Shown here in pieces: positions 1-12,876 of a stretch of DNA of 64,000 nucleotides; within the stretch, counting starts at the first letter, position 1; the number at the start of each line of letters is the position of its first letter. The stretch covers positions 62,001-126,000 of the forward strand of contig NGBS01000588.1 in assembly GCA_002245135.1 (NCBI GenBank), given 5' to 3'. The notes under the pieces were generated by a model that was given only the letters and a program-made list of their open reading frames with translations, was not told the DNA's origin and ran no database searches. Source of the DNA: Proteromonas lacertae. Lineage: Eukaryota. The position numbers and the translations under genes are program-made.

Positions 1-2134
1 TCCTGAGTTAGATGAACAAAACTTCAGAAAATTGTGCTTATATTTAATCAGAACATCCTCCTATATGGTTGATTATGAAGATTTAACCCAATTATTGACA
101 GTATTTGAGTATGTGATTATAATTAATTAGGTTGCTTACAACATATTCATTCGTTTCAAGTGTTATCCAGATGCTCTTCGTATTGCATTACGTTTAAATA
201 GTAAAAATATGATTGAAGATGTGTATATCTTATACATTTTATTTCATTTAGTTTCAATATGACAGATGATGCTTCAATGAAAAAACAATTATGTTTCTTA
301 TTAGGTCGTCAATCTTATTTTTCATATGTCACTGAAGATGATGAACTCAATCAATTAATCGGTAATCTCAATAGAACCAAGTACTTCTTAAGCTTAGGTA
401 AAGATTTAGATGTATTAGAATTAAAGACACCTCAAGACATCTACAAGTCCCACCTAGGAGATACAGGTAGTACGTCCTATAATGCAGATGGTGTAGAAGT
501 AGTTTCCGCCAAACAAAATGAAGCATCTGCTTATGTCAACGGATTTGTCAATTTAGGATTTTGCAATGATAAATTCATATCTGATAAAAATTTCGAATAT
601 ATCTTCAAATGCCGTGATTATGGTATGTTAGCCTCTGCAGCTTCTATCGGTATGTGTTACCAATGGAATCCTGATGAAGGATATTCCCGATTAGAATCAT
701 TATTAAGGAGTGATAATGGACAAATTCAAGCTGGTGCAATATTAGGTATTGGTATAATGAATGCTGGTACATACAACAATGAATTTCAGACATGTTATGG
801 ATTATTATACGATAAGCTACACAATAGTAATATCAGTCTCTCCAATCGAGATTTAATTATTGATAGCAGTTTATTGTCTATGGGTATTGCTTATGCTGGT
901 TCATTCTATGATGGTGCTTTTGACTGTTTAAGAGAGTATTTAGATGGTGAAAGATTGAGTGATAGTTATAGAAGTAGTTGTATTGCATCCTTATCATTAG
1001 GTATCACCTTTGTGGGTAGTAGAAATGAAGATGCTGTTAATGCAATTGTTACTAAGATCATGATGACTGAAGCCTCACAATTAGAACAACCAATTACAAT
1101 GTTGATGTGTTTAGGTTTAGGTTTGCTGTTTTTGAATACACAGGAATATTCTCAAGCTATTTTGGAAGTTTGTGGTACATTTGATGAGAGTGTAAGTCAA
1201 ATGGCTTCATTAGTTGTTGAGACATGCGCTTATGCTGGTTCTGGCAATGTTTTACAAATACAGAAATTGTTACATATTTGTGCTGAACATTTAACTGAGA
1301 AAGCTAATCACCAGATGGTTGCTGTTATTGGATTGTCGTTAATTAGCTTTGGTGAGAATATTGGTAAAGAAATGGTATTAAGAACAATAACTCATTTATT
1401 GCAATATTGTGAAACACCCATTAAGTATATTTTTTATTTGTACATTCTTATATAGACGAGCTGTGCCACTATCAATTGGATTATTGTATGCAAGTGATCC
1501 TGAATTTAGTATTATTGAAATGATATCTCGTTTAACACATGATTCTGATGATGAAATCTGTTATAATAGTATTTTATCATTAGGCTTGATAGGGCTTGGT
1601 ACAAACAACAGCAAAATTGCTGGATTACTCCGTCAGTTGAATGTATATTACGCTAAAGACGAAAAGAAATTGTTCTTAGTAAGAATATCACAAGGATTAT
1701 TACATATGGGTAAAGGTTTAGTCACTATTAACCCATTACACTCAGATTTCTTCTTAGCAAACCCTGTAAGTATCAGTAGTCTATTGGGAGTTATATATGG
1801 ATGTTTATGCAGTGGATCAACCATATTTAAGGATTTACCACATATTTTGTATTTCATTGCTCCAGGAGTTATGCCAAGAATGTTAATGTTCTTAGATGAG
1901 AACTTAGAGAATAAAGGAATAAATATAAGAGTTGGACAAGCTGTAGAAATTGTTGGTCAAGCTGGTGATCCAAGAGCAATCTCTGGATTCCAGACTCATG
2001 TGTCTCCTGTATTATTAAACTCTAGTGAACGTGGAGAAATTGTAGACAGTGAAATATACCAACCTTTAAGTGAAGTTTTAGAAGATTGTGTGATTTTGAG
2101 AGAGAAAGAAGTAAAGATGGAAGAAAAGGAGTAA
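1..2134 (+). CDS. RPN1: 26S proteasome regulatory subunit Rpn1 (5' end outside window)
   Basis: PC-repeat motifs and the C-terminal RVGQAVEIVGQAGDPRAISGFQTH signature. Short introns at ~101-130, 223-251 and 1425-1455 join the ORFs. Confidence 0.95.
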
Positions 2135-2293
2135 TAATAATCATTATTATTATGGAATTTATATTTTATAAGAATCATTTTTTGATCTATTGAATAAAAC
2201 AAACAAAAAGAAAATTTCAAAACGAACAAAAGAACAAGCCAAACTTTTTCATTTTATAATTTGATTTTTCTCTTGAACTAGATAGAATATAAT

Positions 2294-3605
2294 ATGGATC
2301 TACAATTCACAGGTACCGGTACATTAGATGAAATAGTTTACGAGAATATTTTTGATGATTACTACAATGCTGATGGTATTTTTATTTACACACTTATTAC
2401 TATAATATAGAAGAAATAATTTTATTGAATATCGGAGGAAAGGTATTTCACACAAGAAGAACAACATATCCTTTTACTTCCTGTAAATTTTATGTAAAGC
2501 CTTAATAAATATAATCTCACATCATCTCATTCATTATTTTCTAACGTATTTTCAAATCTTAACTCATTGATAAAACAAAATTCCAGAGGTCAATATTTCT
2601 TTGATCGAGATCCAACACATTTTCGAATAATATTAAATTTCCTAAGAACATCAAAAATAGTATTACCAGAATCAAAACGTGAATTACAAGAATTGCTATT
2701 AGAAACTGAATTTTATGCATTAGAGTCGTTAAGAGATGCTGTACAAAAAGCATTGGATGGTTTAAGATTTGAAGAGACATTTAAATGGTTCCACATTACT
2801 AGTATATTATATATTTAAATATAAAGTATAATTATATGAAATGAATAGAAGGTAATTGGGAATTAGCTCCAATCAAAACATATACTCAATTAGATACAGG
2901 AAGAATTAGTGCGCATTATATGGGATTGCCACAGAATTTCCAACCTATAGTATTAGAAGGAGAATCAAGTATATATATATTTATATAATATTAATAGTAA
3001 TGCGAATGACGAATATTTTAGGTCCAATGGAAAGAAGAGCGATGTGTACCGCAGAATCATTTGGAGTAGATGCTGAAAGAACAGAAGTAAAGATACGAAC
3101 AATGTCTAAAGAAAGTAAACCAGTTCCAACGAATAGCAATAATATCATTTTATTTATATTTATATATTATTTTATATTTTCTTTAATTTAAAAGGTAAGT
3201 TGGATTGGTGTACCATTTGAAATATTTTTATGGAATCAAAGTTCTGATGAGTATATTGGAATATATTTATCATGTGATGCAAATGAAAGTCCAAATCTAA
3301 ATGTGAATATAGTATGTCATGAAGGTGGTCATAATAAAGAAAAAATAGTTGAAAATGCTTGGAATTATGATGAGGAAGTAACAATATTTGTTAGGGATTT
3401 AAAAGCCAAAACTGAAGTTCAAATATGTGGTTGTAAAAGAAAGACTTTTCATGTTCCTGTTCCACTAGAAAGATTAGCTCCTTATCATATAGTTATTGGT
3501 CAAAGAACAGGGAATATCAGTGATAGTAGTATAATGGATATATGTTTGTGTAGAGTAGCTGTGTTTGGATCATCTCATACGAAAGGTAGAAATGAAAATA
3601 TTTAG
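2294..3605 (+). CDS. KCTD-type BTB/POZ (T1) domain protein, multi-exon
   Basis: Spliced translation gives IILLNIGGKVFHTRRTT...YFFDRDPTHFRIILNFLR...LLETEFYALESL, the KCTD BTB signature. Confidence 0.85.
2466..2520 (+). other. Probable minor-spliceosome (U12-type) intron with AT donor
   Basis: ATATCCTTTT donor at 2466, CCTTAAT branch-like motif at 2500-2506, in-frame acceptors AG (2499) or AC (2520). Needed to keep the BTB reading frame. Confidence 0.7.
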
Positions 3606-3686
3606 ATAATTAAATAATAATAATAATTAAAAGTTATAAATTTATATATTCATATTTTTTTATATATATTAATTTAAATACTGTAT

Positions 3687-4688
3687 TCACTTTCCATCTA
3701 CTAATAAATTTCTATTAGAATGGTTTACTTTAATCTTTACTTTCAATACCTTATAATCTGTTATATTATCGTTTTGAATTAGCCATAGAGTTTTTAATTC
3801 TTTACATTTACCTATATTCTCTAATAGAATTGTTGCTCCATCATCACTTATTCCATTATTCATCAAATCTAACATTTCTAATTTGGGTATTTTATCTACA
3901 TTTTCAAATAAATACTTCACACCATCATCACTTATTTCATTGACTATATTCATAAGAATAATAATTGTTAAATATACTACCGATTTTTAATATTTCTAAA
4001 TTTGGAATATCTTCAAAATGTGCTGATAAATAAAGCATATCAAGAGATCCTAATTCACATCCTAATTGATAATAATGATAATAATAAATACTTCCTAATG
4101 CTAATTCTTTTAACTTAGGAACAAAATGAAGATTTTCTGATAGGATTTTTAAACCATTATTTGTTATTGGATTTCTATTTGAAAGCAATTTCTTTAAGCC
4201 AGATTCTTCCTTTACATAACAACTACCTATTGGATTGCTAAATAACCATAATGTATCTAAATTTGGGAATTTTTTCAAGCACTCTGATGAGAATTGATTT
4301 AATCCTTCTGAAGTAAAGCAATTACCTAAAATAATAGTTAAGTGAGTGATAATATACATGACATATTTATATCTGTTACATTACTCCTGGGAGACAGTAG
4401 ATAACACAAATACCCCATCAAATAATCGTTCATTTTACCTATTGGTCATATTTAGATATTATATTATATTATATATACTACCACTGAAATTTAATGCAAA
4501 TCTACTACTCCTTACAAAATTTCTTTGATATATTTTAGTGTGAAAATCATTTACTATATATACATAATAAAACCACTATTTATACACTCTCCAAAAAAAT
4601 CAGCAGCACACTACGAAAATGAGATAATAATATAGATATATACACTTTTTTTCTTTTCTAAATAGTTATATATCGCATATTCATCCAT
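3687..4688 (-). CDS. RNI-like leucine-rich-repeat protein, multi-exon
   Basis: Repeated LxxLxLxxNxIsDxG units (KLEMLDLMNNGISDDGA, NLDTLWLFSNPIG). Start approximate. Confidence 0.75.
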
Positions 4689-5245
4689 TGATAAGCTAGA
4701 AAATCAGTTTCAAACAATAATAGATTTCAAACCTTTTTAAAGCTTGATACTCTATCTTCTTATTTTTGTTGAGGTTATGATGAAAAAATATCTGCTTTAT
4801 GTGCATTAATTTTATTTCATAGCAAAAAGAAAAAAAGTACCAGCAATTGTGTTTATAATCTAACAAAAAGTGAATATTTAAACAAATGATAATATTAGTG
4901 GAAGATTATAATTGAATCAATATTCTTTTTCTTAGCTTCTTCTATCTTTGCTAGATTATCACCTCTTTCTTGAGGATCTGTTAAACAAAATATTGCATTT
5001 ATGTATATACTAATCAATTATCACACAATATTTATTACACACAAACAATATAACCATTAACACAAACAATAATTTTGGAATATCACTTCTTTCATATAAC
5101 TATGTATTCATGTTCACATTATTCATTATACATCTTCATTTACTTCCATCATTTCTTATTCTTCACTTATTCAATGTAACTGATTTGAATAAAAATGAAA
5201 CGACTCTCCTTTCAGTAATTGTTCCAAAATCAATAATTTGCTTAA

Positions 5246-7360
5246 ATGAAAGTAATAGATGACGATATCGGTAGTAGAGGGTATAAATACTAATATTTGA
5301 ATTTATAGATTATGTAGAAAGTTAGTTGATAGTGGTTTTGGTGATGTGAAAGTAAAAATTGGTAATGAAGAAGTTACTTGTGTGAAAAGTATCTTGATGA
5401 CTGGTAATGAGACAATAAAGAAGTTATTGTTAGATGAGCAAATGACAGGAGTATTAGAGTTATATGAAAAATGTGAAATAAACTCATTTTTAGAGATAGA
5501 AAAATACTACAGTGGTGGATGTATGGAAATAAATGAAGATAATATCTGTGATATACTGAGATTCAGTATTTATTACAATGACAATCGAATAATGAAGATA
5601 TGTAAGAAATATTTGAAAAGTCATCTAAATGACATAATAATAATAGAAGTTTGTTCAATGTTAAATGGTTTAAATATCAATAATCTTATTCAATTGAAAT
5701 ACATGAGTGAAAAATACTTGATTGAAAAAGGTTACAAATACTTAACAGAAGGTATAAATAGTAATATAATATGTAATAGATGATTTATTATTAAAACTGA
5801 ATATTGAAAGTTTAAAGTTGATATTATCAAATAAGAAACTGATAATCAAAGATGAGAGTTGGTTATTAAATCGATTATTGAAATGGTATAAGAGTGTATT
5901 AAAAGAAAAAGAATATAATGAAGAAGAAGAAGTAAATGATTTTATTTCACTCTTAAAAACTAAAATTCATTTTGATGAAATAGAATATGAGAATATCGAT
6001 GAAGAATATTTGTTGGAATTAAGTGAATTAAATATCAAAATATCAAATGAGAATAAGAATATTCATATATCAATTAGAATGGATGAAATCAAGAATGAAA
6101 AATTGATAAAAATAATACATGACTATTATATTGAAGAAGAAAAAGAAATGTTATTAAAAGTAAATGAAATAGAAGTGTTGAATGAAACAGAAATAAAAGA
6201 AGATTTAATGAAACTATTGAATAATGAAGATATGAAAATGATAGAAATAGTTTTAAATGTGATAATGGACATGAAATTAAATGAAATAATTCCATATGAA
6301 ATAAAGAATAAGTTGTTAGGAAAACTGTGTTGTGAATATGGAGAATATAAAAGAAATCGAACAATCAAATGTTTATGTTTATTTGTTGATGATAAAAAAT
6401 CAATTTCAACAATAGAATATCTTTGTGGAAAAGAGGTACTTTACAGAATATTGAATGAAGATTATTATCTTAAATCCAAATCGAAAGAGTTATTAATAGA
6501 ATATATAAAAGAAATGAGATTGAATGAGAATGAAGAAGAAGAAATGAGTAAAATAATATTTGATAAAGACTTATTAAAAGAATTAAAAACAAAAGAAATC
6601 ACATCATTTTCATATCCTCAATCAGAGTATTCATTTATATTAGATGAAGAAATGTTAATAATTCCTTCATTTGATGGAAGTGAATGTGAATTTACAATCA
6701 ATCCATCCTTACCTGAAGGAATAATGATAGATAAAGAAAATGGAATAATTCATGGAAAAACTGCTAAAAAATAGAAAAGAGAGAATATGAAATAAGTTGT
6801 AAGAATATTCTAAGTGAAAAGAAATTTAAAATATCATTAGAATTTATAGATGTAAAATTTACAGAATTAAATAAAAATTATTATATTTCAATATCAAATA
6901 ATGGAAAATTAATGAAAAACACAAATGAATATTATCATCATTGCTATTTAAATTTGAAAATGGAAAATGGAGTTTATCATTTCAAATATAAATTTCATCA
7001 AAATAGAAGTGAATATGATGGCATAATTATAGGATTATCAACTGACAATACATATTCTGGTAATGGTATTCATAAACAATCAACAGCATGTAATTATTGG
7101 GCATCTTCAATGGTAAAAGTATAGATATTACTCGAATATTGTCATATTGGAAGAGTTGTTAAATCAAATCCAAATTTCAAAATCATGGAGATGGTTCTAT
7201 TTATGAAGTGATTGTTGATATGAATAAAAGAGAATTTTGGATTAGTCATAATAATTCATCTCCTGTTTTACTTGTTAAAGATTTACCTTCTCCATTATAT
7301 TCATATGCTTCAGTTTATGGAGATAATACATCAATAGAATTATTATCAGTGTCTTATTAA
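5246..7360 (+). pseudogene. BTB-BACK-like / putative-Ig / SPRY-like family, copy 1 (3' part frameshifted)
   Basis: BTB (FGDVKVKIG...INEDNICDILRFS), Ig-like LPEGIMIDKENGIIHG, SPRY-like GDGSIYEVIVDMNKREFWI...LPSPLY. Frameshifts near 6770 and 7110-7185. Confidence 0.75.
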
Positions 7361-7446
7361 GATTAAATATAACTAATTTTATTACTTATTTTATTATTGG
7401 AATGTATTGAAATAAAGAAAATCTAAAAATAAAAAAATATTAAAAA

Positions 7447-9163
7447 CTAAACAAAAACATCTACATTTTCACCATTCACTTTATCATACTCTTCATAACT
7501 AGGTAAAGACACTCTTTCATTATTCCATTTATCACTATTATAATTGAACAACTGCATATCCACATATACTCCACGATGATCAGAAGCATAAATTGGACTA
7601 TCTCTTTCTACCATATCAGCACCTTTTCGATTTTCAGTTCCAGGTAATGCTTTTTGACCAATCACTTCATATTTATTAACTGTTACATTACAACTATTAC
7701 GATATATTATATAATCAATTCTCTTCCTTGGGCGATTACTTTCAAATGTAAATAAATCTTTATTCTGATTAGTTGGTTCATTCTTATATAACATTTTATA
7801 ACTATCTTTTAAATCACTTTTTATTCCATTTATTTCCTTTATTCCTTCTAAAAATTGGATTGATTCACTATCACTTTTTGCATTCAGATCACCAACTAAT
7901 ATTTGCATTAATTTGTTATTTTGATCTTTCTTCATAAAGTTATAAATTTCAATTACACTTCTTTTTCTAGCTTTTTCGCTTAAAGCTAAATGACTTGTAT
8001 ATACATCAATATTACCAACTTCATTTAGATGAATTATACAGTGGAATAAAATCCTTTGATGAAAATCATTTTCATCAACTACATTTCGAGATAATAGTCG
8101 ATAATCACATGAGAGAATTGGATACTTTGAAAATATCATCATTCCTTCTTCAACTCTTTTACCACTCTTCATATAAATATCAGCTGGTTGATATACATAG
8201 TAAGGATAATCAGGTAAGTTTTCTACTAATATTCTAATTTGACTATGATCTCCTACTTTACCTAATCCTTCATCAAATCTTACTTCTTGAATACAAGCTA
8301 TTGCTGCATTTGTTTCTCTGATATATTGAGTAAATAATCTCATTCTTTTATTAAATCGAACTACACGATTGTATGGATCGAAAATATATGATGGTGGATT
8401 AGTATTCCAGGCGTTATAGGTTAATATTCTTAATGACAGTCCTTCAGGAGCTTTCTATTTATATTTATATATATATATTAAAAGGTATATATACAGCTTT
8501 ACCAGCTATTTTTAAATCATTCATTTCTTTTTCTTTATAATCAGGATAAACAAATGTATGACTTAATAAATTAAATTGTCCATCTTGATCATAGGTTACA
8601 GTAATATTGTGATTACACAATCTTCCTTCTTTATTAAAAGCAGTGAAAGAAATGAAATAAGTTACTCCTAATGTATATTTTACATATGTTGTTCGAGGAG
8701 TATAATCTTCACTAATCTATTATGATTTATTATTAATTATTAATATACATAACTCAATGGTAATGTAGTCCAATTCTTCCCATTGTGTGGTATATCTCAA
8801 CTCCAATCCTTTAACAAATGTGATATTGATATTATCATAAGTTAAATGAGACCAATCATAATTCTCTAAGAATAATAAAATAATAACCATATGTATTTTT
8901 ATTTAATACTGTTACTACTGACTCTTGATGTTATATTTCCTAGAGTGTGTTTTAATGCTTTGATTGCTCCAAAATTGGTTGTTTTTAATTCTCTAAATCC
9001 ATTCATAACACAACCATATGCAATATTGCATTTTGGAATTTTATCTATATATTATGTTTAAATCAATACTATCAAAATTGTTGATATAACAAGGAAATTG
9101 AATCTCTTTCCTTTTGTCATTTAAACTGAGATCTTCAATAAGATGCAAAATTTGGTGTGACAT
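7447..9163 (-). CDS. Endonuclease/exonuclease/phosphatase (EEP) superfamily protein
   Basis: Motifs ILTYN, CIQEV, SHL, GDLN, RIDYI and ASDH. 5' exons and start uncertain. Confidence 0.85.
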
Positions 9164-9405
9164 ATGGTATTACAGAAATTTCATCCATATTTCTTTGAAG
9201 GTAAGTCTTTGATTGGCCCAAAGCTTCCACAACTGGAATATTAATTAGTAATCTACCACAAAATATAAAGAAGATGAATTCAAACATAGTAAATAGGGCA
9301 AGAATCCACAAAAAGAACCATCAAAAAAGCAAAATGAATTATTTTCAAAAAAAAAAATCAAGCCAAACTTTTATTTGATTGTTATTTTAAAAACTCATTT
9401 TGTCA

Positions 9406-9886
9406 ATGTCTATACCACAACACCGTATAGGTCATCAAGATATGCCACCTAAAGGTGGGTTTCCAGACTTTAAGTATGGATTTTGATATTATTATTATGT
9501 AATTAGTATTAACCGTAATCTTCCAGTAAAAATACCACATGGTGGTTATATCTGGGGTGGTGCGATTGTGATATGTGCTTGGGGTTGGTATCGATTAGCA
9601 AAAGGTAGACTTGTGAGAAGGTATGATAGTTTTTAACCATGTAATTATATATAGACTTCGAGAGAAAGAGAAGTTAGATTGTCGTATTGCAATAACACCA
9701 TATTTACAAGCTGAAGAAGATTTAGAGTATTCTTTTTCATAATTAATTTGATTTAGTTTTGTAAGACGTAGAGACACATTATTACAAATGGAAAAGGAGC
9801 TTATGAAAGATGTACCTGGTTGGGTTAATGGTCAAAGTGTATACAACCAAACAGATAGATGGATGGCACCTGCTAAATCTATCTAA
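9406..9886 (+). CDS. NDUFA13: Complex I accessory subunit B16.6/GRIM-19
   Basis: Spliced translation MSIPQHRIGHQDMPPKGGF...RIAITPYLQAEED...MKDVPGW...SVY...RWMAP. Not in the ORF track because of three short introns. Confidence 0.92.
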
Positions 9887-10006
9887 TGTAAACATGATAA
9901 TTATTATATTATTTTTTTTCTAATTGATCTGGGCAAGTTATGATATTCTTAAACCACAAATCAACAAAGAGTATATAGTCAAATCCTTTGATTTAAAGAT
10001 ATCTAT

Positions 10007-10457
10007 TTAATCTGCATTTTCTTCAGCAAATTTCTTTAAATCTTCAATGGTTCTTGAACCGGAGTATTTAACTGGTTCATCTTTGTGGTTCTTTGTGAAG
10101 TACTAGAGGAAATAAAAAGAGTAAGAAATACTTTTAAAGTTGGATAACCACTTACACCATATTTTTGAGCAATGTCTCTTTCAGCATCAGCATCAAATTC
10201 AGCAATGATGATATCTTTGTTGGAAGCAACTTCATCAGCCAATTGTGTCCAAGTTGGAGCAAGTCTTTGACAATGACCACACCATGGAGCAAAGAATTTT
10301 ACAAATACGTTCTTTTTTGAATCTAATACAACTTCGTCGAAGTTTTTAGAATCAACTTTAATTACTTCCTATTGTGGAATATATTAACAGTCAATTTATA
10401 TACAGCCATGCATGATGCAATGACGAAGAGTAGAGCAACGTAGATGAGCTTTTGCAT
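10007..10457 (-). CDS. Single-domain PDI-like thioredoxin with signal peptide
   Basis: MQKLIYVALLFVIASCMA leader, VKFFAPWCGHC active site, YGVSGYPTLK. Two introns. Confidence 0.9.
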
Positions 10458-10661
10458 GTTTTATGAGCAAAAAAAGAAAATGTGCTGAAATGAAATGTTT
10501 GAATAAAGTTTGGATCTTATTCCGACCATTTTCGTTACCCCATATTTTTAACGAAGAACATATCCTTCAATACTCATTTTGTAAAGTTAAATAAACATTT
10601 TATCACACACACATACAAAAAAAAAACAATTAAAAAAAACATTATAAAAAGGAATAAATCA

Positions 10662-11704
10662 CTAATAATCTTTAGTCATTATATATAATGACAATAACAC
10701 TATAACAGAGAAAGTAAACCATATTCTCAACGGAAATGAGTTTTTCTCTTTCTCTAGAATAGGAAAAGAAGGTAAACTTATATTTGGACATAATGGCTTT
10801 AATTCAGGTGAATCATAACAACCAAATCCTTTAAAAGCTTGATTATCACTACAAGCCTTGACATATGTAGAGAATGGATGAATTGTCATAGTCAATTCAC
10901 CTGGTAAAGGAACTATAAAAAAACAAAATGAAATAATTATACTATAATCACTTTTTGCTTTTTCGATTAACTCATTCACTTTATCTTGTGATTGTAAATC
11001 GAATAAATAATATTGATATGATAATGGTGCATAATATATTTTAGTATTAAGAATAGATTCAAGAGTATTTTTGAAATCATTTATTTTCATATAATGATAG
11101 ACTGGATGATTGAATTCTATTAATATCACTTCCTTTGGGATGGATATGTCTGTTTTACCTTCCAAATCGAAGGAATTTAAATGATAAACTCTGATTTGGT
11201 TACGATATTGGATTATAGTTTCCTATACAAAATAATAATAATAATATATTTATACTTTTGTTCTAGGTTGATTTAAGGAAGTATTTCTCAAAAAATTCAA
11301 TGGAGATAATTCATAAAAATATAAATAATTTAAAAATATATAACCAGTCATATATGAATCAAAACCAGCATCATGGCAATGCTCATCTTTAAGGAATTTA
11401 TTATTGAGTGATTGTGGTTCTACTGTTATTAGTGGTGATTTATTCTTAAAGTTAGGGAATTGTTGCACTGCTAAATATATATCGTAGACTGAAGTGCAGG
11501 AGATGGGTAATTGTGTCATTCCTGATACCATAAACTATATTAAATTAAATAATATATAAATATACATACTTTTGTATCATATATTATTGGAAAATATTTC
11601 AATATAATCTCTTTACATTGTTTCAAATCATATGGTAATGGTTGAAAGAAATGATGAACTAATAACAAAATATCTTTTAAACCATTATGAACAATTATCT
11701 ATAC

Positions 11705-11739
<35 letters not shown>

Positions 11740-12818
11740 CTGGTTTTCTCAATGTTGATATTAATTGTATTATCTTTCTAAATCCAATCATTTTATTTAA
11801 ATATTCATAATCTTCCTTTGATAAATCTTCTTCACTCTTCTTCCTACATCTATTTGGAGATGAATGCACACTACTACTATTATTATTATTATATTGAATT
11901 ATTATTATTTATATGATTAAGTGGATGTTTTGATACACATATTCTTTGACCAGTTGTTTTATTATTTTGATTGTCTTCTTTACGATTTGTAGTATATAAT
12001 GAGCTGTAACTGGATTCGATTAATGTATATACTAGTTTACGATGGTAACTACTTAGTGGAGGTAATAACATGGTTTTTTCAGGTGACATTAGAAATTCAT
12101 CAATCTATATGCATATATAAGTATTATTATTATTAGTATTATTATTATTATATACTTTAGATTTTATATCTGCCAATACTACTCCATCTCTGTCTTCTTC
12201 GAATTTATTACTTAAATGATTGAATTTTGTAGATGAATGAGTTTGTTTGTATTTTGTGTCTAACATTTTACGATATTCTTTCTCTTTCTCTTGGGATAGA
12301 AATGATATACCGTTTAGAATACATCTATTTAAGTCGAATGTTGCTTCTTTTACTAAAAACCGCAATGCCCATACCTAAAGAAATAAAATATAACAAAATT
12401 ATACATCACAACAATAATAGGATTGTGTTTCATAATTTGAAGAAGGTTTACATTCTGGATATAGATATACTGAATAAGGTTTGGCGGTCCATTTTCTAAT
12501 GTATGCAATATGATTATTATACGTTCCAGTAGAATCTGATGGGAAGAAACAAGTTATTCCTATCTGAAATAGCATTATTTTAGAAGAACTATGAAAATAG
12601 ATACGCTTGTTACTTACTTGTATATTTCATTAAATATTCTAGTTTGCATCTATCAAATTATACCAAAATCTATATACTGTGTCGAATATACAGCCACTCC
12701 TCCATTGTTCGGTACCTAACCCTGAAAACTCTTCATCTATCGCTATGAAGTAAGCCTGTTTGATGTCATCCTCGATCTCTTTGCTAATCTTCTCAAAATT
12801 AGTATTATCTACATCCAT
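10662..12818 (-). CDS. PARN/CAF1-family poly(A) 3' exoribonuclease with R3H insert and C-terminal hydrophobic tail
   Basis: AIDEEFSG (ExoI), HNGLKD, HDAGFDSYMTG (ExoIII), R3H-like PPLSSYHRKLVY, terminal IWFTFSVIVLLSLYIM. Confidence 0.88.
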
Positions 12819-12876
12819 TTTGAACTAGTGAAACGGATATTTATTCAAAAACATACTCAAATCAAGCTTTAGAAAA

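Noticed and set aside
9164..9345. UGA-xx-Cys selenoprotein motif or snRNA upstream of the EEP gene
   Set aside because: The TGA frame does not join the downstream exons, and the ACTTACCT match to U1 is too short.
11709..11736. (TA)n tracts here and at ~23335 and ~26460
   Set aside because: Ordinary microsatellites in introns or intergenic AT-rich DNA.
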